Positions 10,395-22,355 of a DNA stretch of 33,145 nucleotides are shown piece after piece; the stretch's first letter is position 1; each line of letters starts with the position of its first letter. The stretch comes from Licmophora abbreviata. Taxonomy: Eukaryota. The stretch is from the NCBI GenBank assembly GCA_900291995.1, contig OLMU01005261.1, positions 1 to 33,145 on the forward strand, written 5' to 3'. A model generated the notes under the pieces. It made no database searches, was not told the DNA's origin, and worked only from the letters and a program-made list of their open reading frames with translations. The translations under genes were made by a program, and so were the position numbers.

Positions 10395-11943
10395 TTAGTG
10401 AACTAATCGCAAGGCAGCTTCCTTGACTCGACTTGATGACGTGACGGATGTCGATAGACCCTGCAAGGCATCCATAAGTTCGTTCAGCGCCTGCAATTTT
10501 TTCTCCTCGGGACTGGACACTGCACCGATCTTGTGTGCAGCAGGAAGACCGTCCGCTACGACATTTCCTCTCTCGACTTGCTTGAACAAGATTCCGTCGA
10601 CTTGATCAATCCTCCCATCCAGCTTGCCATCTAGAATCAGGCCCACCAACAGGTTCTCCACACTAGCCACTGGAATGTCATTGAGCTCCTTGGATATGGC
10701 AGCGAGCGAGATGCGCGTATAGGGACGAATGACACTGCGCAACACTTGGGTCCGAATAGTTCGCAACAAGTCCTCTACATGCTCACGTACAAACTCATCA
10801 TCCATTATGCGTCCTTCGTTCTTGCGTAAGATGCGTTCAAACGTTTGAATCTCGTTGTTGTGAAAGGCCTGCACAAGATTGGTCATGGCCAAGATCTCAG
10901 GATCGTCTCTATACGGACGAGCCTCTTGGGAATCAAATGGGTTGATGGTGGAAGCGTGCAACATACTCGCCATGACAAGATACTTGAGACACTTGAGTCG
11001 ACTCGGATCCCCAGCTTCGTCATACGACTTGAAGGCTTGAAAAAACGTCTTACCAGCTTGTTCGTACTCTCGTGCGGCCATGTGCATCTTGCCACCGAGT
11101 TCTTGAATGAGCGCAAGTGTACGCGGATGCGGAATGCCCCCGCGCACCGCCATGGCTTGACGAAAGACGGATCGCAATTTCTTCGTGTCCTTCTGACGCG
11201 AGTAGAGCTGCATTTGAAGTGCGTAAATCTCCATACTCTGCGATCCACTGGAGGAGGATCCGTCTTCTCTAGCTGCCACGGCAACCTGTGCACTCTGCAG
11301 GATCCCTCAACACTAAATGCAGTTTGTCCGTTTCATTTGTTTCATACAGCAACTGCCCATACTTGATGTTGGTCTTGAACCACAGCCGTTCATTCGGAGA
11401 AGATCCTGTCTTGGGGCGAAACGCCGCGAGGGTCGCATCGTAAAAGTGTGCGGCGAGCTCTTGCGGATTCATAGTAGTAGCGTTGCCGTTGCTTGTAGCA
11501 CGCGATCCCTGTAAGAGAGACGAGACTCGTTCCAACATACCGTTAATGCCCTTTTCCACTGAATTCGAGGGAATGTCTCCGTAAGCAATACATTGCAATA
11601 AGCGCGTGTACTCTTGTAAGAGGCCCTCTGCATTGTTGGACCTCAAGTACAGTTTGATGCGCTGTTTCATCGCCTTGTACGACCATATTCCATACGTTCT
11701 GGTAGCGCCATTCTGCTGCAGCTCCTCTTTTTCACTGGCAATGACTTGTTGAAAGGCCTCTAAAGCGTCGGCGTACTCGCCGTTTTCGCGGAGGCCCTTG
11801 GCGTTGTAGTACGAGTTTTCCAACAGCACTTCGCCCTCGCTGGCTTCCTCTTCTTCGTCCGTATACTCAAAGTTGTCTTCTTCGTCTTCTTCTTCTTCTT
11901 CCATGGCGTCGTCATCATACTCGTAGGATTCTTCGTCAGACAT
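10395..11943 (-). CDS. CSN2: COP9 signalosome subunit 2 (PCI domain), with an apparent +1 frameshift at ~11300
   Basis: Conserved blocks LENSYYNAKG, NERLWFKTNIKYG, EIYALQMQ, IPHPR, GGKMHM, FFQAFKSYDEAG, CLKYLVMASML, INPFDSQEA, RPYTRI and GRIDQV. These are split over two frames; removing one base at 11300/11301 restores a continuous frame. Confidence 0.93.
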
Positions 11944-12350
11944 TGTGAAGAAGCGATAGTGAGAGGAGAGAGGCGAGAAGAGCAACAACCAATGGCAAAG
12001 CTACCATTCATCAAACATTCATTGTGACGCTGGTGGATTTGGATACACAATTTTTTTCCCCATCTCGATTTGCCAGGGAATTCGAAGCGCGATGGAATTT
12101 GGTTTTTTCTTGTCTATCGAAAAATAATATCATACTGATGTGATGACTCAGCATGTCGCCACGTTGGATTCCGAATTCCTGCCCACGCAAGGATGAAATG
12201 GCCTCAAAACTCAACAGAAAACAAACAACACGCGACAATCATCAACACGATTGCGACTCCGCCGGTGTCCACCTTTGTGACTTGTAGCATACACAAGGAG
12301 TGATAACAAAGTGTGACAAGGGAGCTTGAAGTTAAATAATAGCAAGAGCC

Positions 12351-15306
12351 ATGAGAAAGTTTTCATCTGCCAATGAATCATCGTCTGCGACGAGCCCGAA
12401 CGACAACGGCGGCAGCACAAGCGAGCCCCAAAATAACAGCAGCGGCAGCAGTAATCCCTTCGCGGCGTCGGCAGACATGTTTCGACAATATCAAAAGAAC
12501 GGCACTGTTCCTTCATTTGGAAATACTGCTGCGACCACCAACAAGAATACCATGTCAGCTGGCGAAATCAACAATACTACCTCGTCATGGAGTCTGCAAG
12601 CACAAGAGTTGGTACAGCATATGGACGAGTTCGTTGCAATCCAGAGTGACGAGGCTGTGAAGGAAGGGACAAGCAGTGTCAAACTGGACGACGCAATGGC
12701 GGATAAACAGCTGCTAGTGGCTCGTCAATTGAGACAGGTGAGACACGCGAAAGAGTTGTCCTTAATTCGAACCAAACCAAGCTCGAGGTCTCCAGTTTGT
12801 CATTAAATGAATATGACTTCATCTGCGAATTTGATCAATCGGAATGCTTCATGAATGTTGACGTGCATCAGTGTCATTAGCGAACGCCAACATGAATTCT
12901 TACACCAATCCTTCCGTCTTTCTTACTCTCTTGCAGCTACTTGATTCTAACCAGGAACTACTCCATCTAGCTCAAGAACGGAACTGGATCCCGCTACTGC
13001 TCGGGTGGCTCAACTTACACGACCGTCCCGCCGTCCAGGTCGAAGCGTTGTTGACCCTTACAGCTATTTCCGAACTCTGTGCCCAGTTATCTTACTATTC
13101 GCAAGGCGTGAAGGGTGATGGAAGCAAGCCGCCTCCGATGTATTTTCCGTCTGGAAACAGTGGCTACTCCTCGGCGGCGTCGTCGTCGTCCTCGGGCGGG
13201 GTACCATATCCACCACTGAGTTTTTCGAAAACAATGTCTCCCGAAGCCATGGCTGCATTTGATGCGAGCCTGTCATTTTCGATCAATGAAACCAAGGGTG
13301 ACAAAAAAATGCCGGCGTCGTCCCTATCATGCGTGGTTGACTCGCCTTTGGGTACCCCGGTAGGAGGTACTACTACACTTTCCAATAATCCTTTGATTCC
13401 TCCTCCGACATCTGCAGGTATCGGAGACGGCAGTAGTTTTCCGCGGCAGCTTTCGGCATCTTCGCAGCAGTTGTTGGTGCATCATGATGATGCGGTTCCA
13501 ACGTTGATTGAGTTGCTGGCAAGTCCGCAACGAGAAGTGTACGAGCAAAGCATGTGGATTTTGGGAAGTATTGCGGCCGGAGACGCAACCGCAAATATGT
13601 GTGGAACATTGGATGGGCGTGACAAGCAGAAGAAGATTCCGGCGCGCGATGTGGTGATGGCTGCGGGAATCATCACACCAATACTGGATTGTTTGACGGA
13701 TCACAAGACAAACCTGTCATTGCAGCGGATGGGGAGCTGGACCTTATCGAATTTAATCGAAGGTATCTTTCAACAGTCTCCAGGCAAAGGATCTCGAAAT
13801 GTTCGTTTTGCCAGCAGCGAGTGTATTGACATGGTAGAACTGTTGCCTGTACTGCGTCATCTTCTTGGCACGGCTGATGCCGAAGTACTGAGTTATACAT
13901 GTTGGACGCTGTCGCATCTGTGCGACGGGCCGTCTTCTCATCTTTCTGCTATCGTTACGGCAAAAGACAAAAAGGCGCCTCGTGGTGGGCTTGTTCCCCG
14001 TTTGGTTGAACTACTGCTTCATCCGAGTTGGCGAGTGACCAAACCGGCGTTAAGGACTATTGGAAACATTGTTTGCGCCGAATGCAGCGACGATGAAAAG
14101 CACAGCTCATCGTCTTCGACAGACTACACGGAAATTATTTTGGCTTGCGGTGCTGTCCCACGCTTGAAGGAATTGGTGGTACACAGTAATCGAGAAATCC
14201 AGAAGGAAGCCTGCTGGACGCTTTCGAATATTGCAGCCGGTACGGTGGATCAGATCCAGGCGGTTCTCGATTCTGGTGCGATTCCTCCGTTGGTCAAGCT
14301 TGTGAGCGACAAGAAGACTGATCAAGAAGTACGTAGTGAAGCTTGTTGGGTCGTCTTGAACGCGACGAGCTGTGGAAGCAATGCTCAGATTGAAGTGTTG
14401 GTAGATGAAGGGTGCGTCGAGGTTCTTGGCGTACTTCTCGGTGAGCAGAGCATGGTCATGATGGCACTTGAAGGCCTCGAGCGGGTGCTGCAGGTGGAGG
14501 AAGTGCGCGAGGACGAACGTCGTGCCACAATGGAAAAGGGCAACCCCGACCCGTTTCCCTCGCGCACACTTGTGAGTTCGTCTCTTATTGAAAAGGGGCT
14601 GGACAAACGCAATAGCACTGCCGTCACCAAGCGCGCCAATCGCATCTGGAAGCAGCATTTTGTTTCTTGCGCTCTTTGCAACGAATCGTTCTCCAAGCAT
14701 CGAACGGCCGACGCAAAGTTCTGTGACGAATGTAAATGCTACGTCTGTTCCAAGTGCGACTGTCGCGTGTACCATTTGTCATATCAGGAGGAACTTTGGG
14801 CAGAATCAGAGCAGAAACCGGAGGCCAAGAAAAGTAAGAACAAAAAGAAGAAAAAAAAGAAGAAAGGGGCATCAAAGCCGCAGCCGTTGATATCTCCAGA
14901 CGATCCACCGTCGCCTAACAAGGAAGGCAGCATCGCTCGCTCTCTGATGTCGTCGGTCGGACGTGAATCGAACAAGTCCCCTGATCAGCCTCAAGATGCC
15001 AAGCCTGCACCTGACCACAAATTAATGTCTGCGTCCGATCGAAATAGAAAGTCAGGACGCAACGAAGACAAGGAGGTCTTAGAGCGTGTCGGACAGGAAT
15101 CGCCACAAGAGGGCGAACAGATTGATTTTGTGCTATACTTGCAGCAAACTGGCAGCATCATTGCTCTCGCCAAGTTAATGGACGCAATGGATGCTCTCGA
15201 CTACGGCGATGAGTCGGCTTATGATGCGGCCGAGTTTGACGACACAGAACTGGAGATGCTTCGTCACCATAAGATGGTGCTCAATCAACAGCAGGCTACC
15301 AATTAA
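12351..15306 (+). CDS. Importin-alpha-like armadillo-repeat protein (atypical); exons 12351-12737 and 12937-15306
   Basis: The phase-0 intron GTGAGA(12738)...TTGCAG(12936) joins ARQLRQ|LLDSNQ. Importin-alpha ARM signatures PALRTIGNIV, IQKEACWTLSNIAAGTVDQIQAVLDSGAIPPLV and EACWVVLNATSCG. Confidence 0.85.
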
Positions 15307-15572
15307 GAACAGCCGCCTACTGGTTTATATAATGTATTTTCTCAAATCATTCGTTCTATTCTATCGCCTGTGGCGTCGGCATCAAACGCGAAAGAAGTTG
15401 AAAGAAATGTTAGTACTTGGTAGAAAACAGATTCGAGAATTGAGAATTGACTCAAACTTTGCGAGACCCGGAATTCCTTTCACGCAAAGGTTATGAGCTT
15501 TCGTTTCTCTCGGCCCTTCATTTCGTTCTCATTTTTTCAGTTTCGAAAGCTACGAAGCGAGAAGGTCCGACC

Positions 15573-18500
15573 ATGGCGAGCAACAAAAGCGAGCCACCTC
15601 GTCGAAGACGCGGTCGCAAGAGTGGAGAACATGTAAAAGGGAGCATAAAGGATAAGACGACAGGTGGTCCGAGACCAATTCTGGTTCAGCTCACGGAGGA
15701 CGCCCCGACATGGTATGCATGTGGCAAACAGACACCAGGCCGTGATGCGACGATCTTTACCCACCCTCCACCGTCGTCTGATCGCAAGAACAAGGCGTTG
15801 GCTCAGAGTTATCGGGATCAAGCGGATGAAATCATTCGAGCCGAAGTTCAGAACGTAAATCATCGGGACAGCGCGGGCTCCTCTGATGTCGACGAGCGAT
15901 GGCTCGAAAACACCATGAGACGGGGTACGCTGAAGGATCGGATCGCCGCAATGAGTGTGGTGGTCAGTACAGATCCTGTACACAAGTTGCACGCATTGGA
16001 TGGCTTACTACAGATGATAGGATCGACAGAAACGGGAGGTCAGACGAACGCTCGTATGGCGCAGCTGGCCGCCGAGGCTTTGGAAGACTTGTTCGTCAAT
16101 ACCCTCTTGCCGAGACACCGAAAGCTTGTTCCACTGGAGCAGCGTCCATTTTATCTTTATGAGTCTAACGGAGGCAAAGGTAGTTCTATCAGGAAGACAC
16201 TGTCGCCAAGAGTTCTGTTGCTTTGGCGATACGAAGAGATTCTCAAGGAAAAGTACCAATTGTTTCTGCGAGACTATCTTACCCAAACCCTTCGCGACGG
16301 AATGGAAATTGCAAAGCTTCAGGCATTGCGATCTGCTGGCGTGTTGCTGAGATCTGCCCCCGAGGCCGAGAATCAGCTTTTGTCTTTGATGGTGAACAAG
16401 CTAGGAGACCCTGCGAAAAAGACGGCGGCGGCTGCGGGCCATGAGCTGCGGCGCGTGTTGGAGAAGCACTCAAACATGCACATCGTGATAGCTCGAGAGG
16501 TAAATTTCTCGGCTTGTGTGACGTAACAGTGAGTGTCATCTCTCTTCCTTTGCTTACAGTCTTTTTCTTACTTCCTGTCTCGACGTAGGTCCAGCAGTTG
16601 GCACATCGGCCTCACTTGTCGGCCCGGGCGCTATACAACTGCATTATCTTTCTGAATCAGCTTAAGTTGGATCACGAGGTGGAGGAGCCACCGAACGGCT
16701 CGGCCCGACATGTTTCACTACCAGCCTCGCTTGTCCACACATACTTTCGATTGTTTGAGGTTGCAGTGAACAAAAGTAGGCCCGAGAAATCGACCACTAA
16801 TCCAGCCATGAAAGGTCGGCTTCTCTCGGCACTGTTGACTGGTGTGAATCGAGCACATCCGTATTTGCCGGATTCGGACAAGGCCTTGGACACTCATATC
16901 GACTCTTTGTATCGTGTTGTGCATACGGCACCGCCAGCAGCATCGACGCAGGCCTTAATGCTTCTGCTTCTCGTTACAGCTGCACCGAATGAGGAAGAAT
17001 CAGTCCCGAAGAAGGAATCCAAGTCAAACAAGACCAAGCAAGACAGGTTTTATCGCGCTCTGTACGCTACACTTAGCCAGCACTCTACGTTGTCGTCGGG
17101 GAAGCACTTGACTATGTATTTCAATCTGTTGTACAAAGCAATGAAGCGAGATGCTGACGAAACCCGAGTCCAGGCCTTTGCAAAGCGGCTCTTGTGCTCG
17201 ACGATGCACTGCGCTGCCTCCGTAACGGCTGCGAGTCTTTTCCTGTTGAATGAAGTAATGAAGTTCCATCCTCAATTGCAAAGTAGCTTTGTCGAAGTCA
17301 TCGAGGGCGACGAAGCACTAGCTACGCTTGATCCCACGAAACGCGAACCGACGTCAGCACTGGTGTCGGGACTTGACTCTGGCTCGAGCGCAACTGCGAG
17401 ATTCGCACCTCTATGGGAAGCATCGCTCACTTCGTACCATTCACACCCTTCGGTTTCCAAGTTTGCTTTGACATTAAATGAAATCTCGTATGCTGGTGAT
17501 CCGCTTCGCGATTTCGCACTAGCTCCTTTCCTCGATAAGTTTGCTTATCGCAACCCAAAGACGTCCAACCGTTCAAAAGGAAAGGAAAGTGTCGCCGCAA
17601 GGCGCCGTGGGATCTACCAACATGAGCTTCCAGTCAACGACCCAAGCTTTCTGAAAAAGGAAGAAATCGACGAAAAGGACGAATTCTTCCGTAGCTTCTT
17701 CGTCGAACGGGCGCGTCGTGACGAGATCAAGGGCGCTGACCAAGAGCAGGAAACAGACTTGAACAGCCATGTTGAGGTTGACGCTCTTGAGATCTCAGAG
17801 AAGATTGAAATCGACCAGAATGTGCGTAGATTTGTCCTCTTGTGCTGGATGTGATCAACCAGTTAATGTTGCGCTTACCCCACGCTGATTGTTTCGTTTT
17901 ATTCTGTCTCTCTTCCATAGTTTGAAGACGGATGGGATACCGATCCTGAAGAAGAGGAATTTGTCGACGCACTTGCCGCAAAGCTCATGGATGACGCTGA
18001 AGGTGAACAGGCCGAACTAGATGAAGAGGACCCCGACATGGATGGATGGGATCTCTCGGACGAAGAGAAGGAACAATTTGGCGATGAATCCGATGGAGAG
18101 AACGAAAATGTCATAGAGGATCTTGACATCCAAAATAATCTCGACCAGGGCAATAGCGGCAGCACCGAAATTTTGCGTGGTCAATCCAGGGATATTGATG
18201 TCTTCATGGAGAACGATGAGACGGACTCCTCTGGAGCCTCTGGAGATAATGAAATGGGAAATGACTTAGATAGTGTGGGTGACGAAGAGGGCGAAGATGA
18301 TCTGGCTTTTATCGTCAAATTGGGCGAAGAGGCGCCCTTCGATGAACAAGAAAAAGGCTCATCGGCGAGCATGGATATCCCTACGGATACGTTTGCTGAT
18401 GCATCCGAGTACGAGGAACTTATCACCAGAGCGTGGAACGAGCGCAAACGTCGTGTATCGGGGCCGACCCTCCTGGATGAACCGCTAGATGGCAACTCTA

Positions 18501-18580
18501 GTCCATCCGATGTCGTAAGGAAGAGACGAAAGCGACATAAAGAGAAGAGGAGCGCACTTCCCTCTAGCAACGCGCCTTAA
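15573..18580 (+). CDS. CEBPZ: CBF/Mak21 family ribosome-biogenesis factor (CEBPZ/Noc1); exons 15573-16499, 16589-17821, 17921-18580
   Basis: Motifs GTLKDRIAA, LMVNKLGDP, LLSALLTGVNRAHPY, DRFYRALY, DPTKREP, HSHPSV and FLDKFAYRNPK, with an acidic C-terminus. Two phase-0 GT-AG introns (16500-16588, 17822-17920) join the three ORFs in frame. Confidence 0.93.
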
Positions 18581-18683
18581 AATCACAGATATACACATGT
18601 TCTATCGCGTTCCTTGTCCCTCACATTTAAACAATGAATACAATCGTCCCCGCCCAAACCCCCGTATCGCCATAACACGGTAC

Positions 18684-21600
18684 TTATGGAATAGGTATAT
18701 CTATCGACTCGCAGTCATCTCCGCATGGCTCTAGTGGTCCGATAGGCATGCGCGTTCCTCCGAACTTTGGGGAAGGTGGAAACAATGACGGTGGGAAAAA
18801 TGAAGGAAGAACTCCTGGTGGGAACGTCCTGGGATGTAGAGTCGGCTCAACTGAGGCCTCAAATGAAGGCTCCAATGACGGCCCTGTAGTCGGCGCTGCG
18901 CTTGGCCCTGAACTTGGCAACTCACTGGGATAGGCGCTTGGTATTTGAGACGGACGAAACGTCGGCTGCGGGGAAGGCTTCGTTGTAGGCTCAGGCTCTC
19001 CGGAGAAGTAGCAGTAGTCGTAAAAGCCACCGCCTTCATCCAGCTCCCGCCGCCCTCTGCATCCCGGAACATTCACCGAAAGTCGGTCGTTAAAGCAACG
19101 AAGATGTCCGGCGCACTCGTAGTCTCCATCACAATCAGCTTCACACTCGCGGAGCGGAAACAAATTTGTAGGCTTTCCTTCATCTCCGACGAAACTGAGA
19201 CGTGGTAACTTGTTTTCGGTGGGAGCAGGAGTTCGTTGGCGACTTGGCTTCCGTGACGGCTTGAGGGCGGGCGAAGGGACAGGTTTCGGGCTAACGGAAG
19301 GTACCGGCGTTGGCTTCCGTGACGGCTTGAGGGTGGGCGAAGGGACAGGTTTCGGGCCAAAAGAAAGTACCGGCATAGGACCACGGGTGTCATAGCAGTA
19401 GTCCGTGTACTTTGTCCCCGGTTTACCAGTTCTCTCTCCAGCGCACCCGGGAACAGTGCTCGAGTGGACGTCATTGAAGCATTGATAGTACCCCTGACAA
19501 TCCGAGGGGGAGTCACAATCACCTTCACAGATGCCAAGAGGAAATGCCAAGTAGGGCTTCCCATTATTTCCAACGTGTATAAGCCGCGGCTGATCCTGAC
19601 TCGTTGTTGGGTTCGGTTTCGGTTGTGGTACAGGCTTCGGCGCATGGCCTGGACTAGGACCTGCCAAATTCACTGGATCGAAGCAATAATCATCATACTT
19701 TTGGTTTTGGTTTCTCCTCCGTTGACCACTGCATCCCGGAACTGTTTCGGAGTGGTTGTCACTAAAACAGCGAAGACCTCCTGCACACTCCTGGCTTGAT
19801 CCGTCGCAGTCTCCTGCGCATTCATCAAGCGGAAACACACTCACAGGCTTGCCATTGTTTCCAACGTCTTGAAGCCGTGGCAGCTCGCCGCTGGGCTCGG
19901 GTTTCCGAGTCGGTGGTTTTGTAGGCATGGGCACTGGTTTCGGTCTGGGACTAGGCTTTGGCTGCTTCGGCGCTGAACTGGTGGCGTAGTAGCACTATGA
20001 ACAAAATGGCCGTGTGAGAGGACATATGATACATCAATTTCACATCGCGTACTACGTAGTCACAGTACTTGCATAGTCATCAAAAGTTGCGCCGCGGTTT
20101 ACTCTCCGATTACCACGGCACCCAGGCACAGTTGCCGAATAGCGGTCGTTGAAGCAGCGGAGATGACCCTCACATTCATGCGATGCATCGCAGTCACCCT
20201 CACATTCTCCAAGTGGAAATGCATTGTATGGTTTTCCATTGTTGCCAACGTTTCGTAGTTGAGGCTTCTGCATAGAAGACGGTTTTGTTGTAATCATCAC
20301 GAACGGTATTGGAGACGGCTGTCGATTGTGAGACGACTGGCCAGACATAGTCCACCCCCTTCTCTGCGAGCTTGGAAACTTACCTTGGTTGTTGGTTCGG
20401 GCTACGACGAGGCGAGGACAGTAGGTTAGTCTAAGGCGATGGCTGACACGATGATTCGCTCACCAAAACGACGACCCCCTGCTACTCACTTCAGGTACTG
20501 GCTTCGCCGTGGGTTTTGCAGAAGGTTTCGGTGTTGGGCTCGTAGTCGGCACGGGTGTTGGCACAGATGTCGGTTCTTGCGTTGGGCTTCTTGTGGGGTG
20601 TATAGATGGAGACTGTGTTGGTAGAGGAGTAGGCCTTGGCGTCGGTATCGGTGTTGGCTCTGACGATGGAGCAGTCGTGGGCAAAGGCGTGGGTGCTCGT
20701 GTCGGGATGGGAGTAGGTTCCATGGACGGAACATTCGTGGGCAAAGGGGTCGGTGCTCGTGAAGGAGCTTCCGTCGGAAGAGGAGATGGCTCTGGCGTTG
20801 GCTCTACGGATGGCGCGTTTGTTGGGTCTTGCGTGGGAGCTGCTGAAGGATCGGCGGTAGGGGCTTGTGTAGTAGGATTCGGAGTTGGAGCTAACGATGG
20901 CTTGGCGGTAGGGATAGGAGTTGGTTTCGTTGTGGGCTTTTCCGTGGGCACAGGAGTCGGCTTCGCCGATGGATTGGGCGTTGGCTTATCTGATGGACTT
21001 GGCGTCGGTTTCGGTGTCGGTTTCGGCGTCGGTTTTGGAGTAGGAGGCTCAGGCTCGTTCCTCGTATACGTTATTTTGACATGTTCGTGACGGTACATGT
21101 CCCTTCTCCGTGCACTCGATGCAGTAGTTGTATCCTCTCCTTCCGCACACTCACTGACATCATAGTCGAGACACTCAACATAGCTGTCAATCCCGCCAGC
21201 GACACTGATAAAGTCACATAATCGACTGTTACCTTTGTCGTCGCCTAATATCCCACCATTGTTGAGTGCCGCTGGTAAAACTTTACCTCTAACGGTAACC
21301 GGAGCAATGCCATATACGTCGTTGTCGATGAAACAGCAATTCTCGATATTCAACGTAGCTTCTTTGGCATGTATCAAACTGCTGTATTGATTTCTAGCAA
21401 AGGTGCAGCCATTGAACACAACGTCATAGCTGTTACCTACAATCGAAATCATACTGAGGTACCCATCCACATCAGATTGGTTGTCCTACTCGAGCACAAC
21501 GCAAGAAAGAGCAGAGGAATTATGAGCTCGTAATCACACTCGCTACCAGTAACCTCCTCTGATAGAACAACTCAACTTACTTCGAATGTGCAGCTGATAA

Positions 21601-22355
21601 ACTCTACCATAAACGTGCTCTCGTTCTCTGCATTTTTGTCGTCAACACCATCACGCCCCCTTCGCTGCGAGTCGTGGTCTTGTCGCAGAAGATTCTTTTC
21701 ATCTTCACCACCTTGATGACTATGCCAGCGAAAGGGTCTTACATCGGTAATATCCTGTCGAAAGCTCATACCTCCCCATGACTGGAGCAGAACAGCCGCT
21801 TGATTCCTCATATTCTGTGATGCCAGAATCAATGAAAGATGAACGCATACGAGCAGCACATTGGCGACACAATTTTTCATCGTAACACGTTCTTACCACG
21901 AAACCACAGTCGATCATTCTGAAGCTCCCCGGCGTCGAAACGATCATTCCAATTCCACTTAGACTCTCAAACGTGACCCCTTGAATGCTAGCATTTCCAT
22001 CTAGTGTCATCCGTTCAGAGTGACCGTCGTTGGAAGTAGCGACTCCGTTTGTCCCAGTTGAAATCCTACAATTGTTCTCCCGAGATCCGTCTATCCCACA
22101 TTGTACGTGCATGTTATGACGCAGAATGAGAGTAGAACTGCCACCATGGAAGTTCCCACTGTCATCTAAGGTTCCCACGACAAGTTCAGTATCCGGACAA
22201 AGCACATAGGTGCGCGACGTTTGCGAAGCTTGGCCAGTGACACGGCTTTCCGCCTCATTGATGTCGTCCAAATTGTGAAAGCAATCGAGGGCGTTCGCGA
22301 ATCGTACAGTCGCAAAGAGAACCCACAATAATCGGAAGAGACGATACCTGATCAT
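18684..22355 (-). CDS. Large secreted frustulin-domain cell-surface protein (~1087 aa): signal peptide, Cys-containing N-terminal domain, Pro/Thr stalk, four acidic Cys-rich (ACR) domains; exons 22355-21897, 21814-21581, 21485-20490, 20401-20384, 20318-20073, 19994-18684
   Basis: Signal peptide [22 protein letters not shown]. Five phase-0 introns can be placed that join five annotated ORFs and a micro-exon in frame. Four repeats of L..VG..GKP...FPL..C(E/A)(G/A)DCD....C.G...CF.D......PGC.G...DYC(Y/F) match the frustulin ACR C-E/Q-G-D-C-D core and are separated by Pro-rich spacers. Confidence 0.78.
19244..19374. repeat. Near-perfect 66-bp tandem duplication in a Pro-rich spacer of the frustulin-like gene
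   Basis: ttggcttccgtgacggcttgaggg(c/t)gggcgaagggacaggtttcgggc occurs at 19244 and 19310; it encodes PKPVPSP(T/A)LKPSRKP twice. Confidence 0.85.
20490..21056 (-). repeat. Coding 4/8-residue Pro-Thr repeat tract (PTPK/PT.AP), mucin-like stalk
   Basis: [41 protein letters not shown]...; 12-bp periodicity is visible at the DNA level. Confidence 0.85.

Noticed and set aside
11269..11290. Tiny GT...AG intron as an explanation for the CSN2 frame break
   Set aside because: It would be under 20 nt, far shorter than the 65-199 nt introns elsewhere in the window. A one-base insertion explains the break more simply.
19007..20260. Regularly spaced repeats resembling a CRISPR-like or mobile repeat array
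   Set aside because: The repeats are conserved at the protein level (ACR domains) with synonymous divergence, in a eukaryotic coding context.
20509..21090. 193-aa Gly/Val-rich ORF on the + strand
   Set aside because: It is the antisense shadow of the Pro/Thr repeat tract of the frustulin-like gene.
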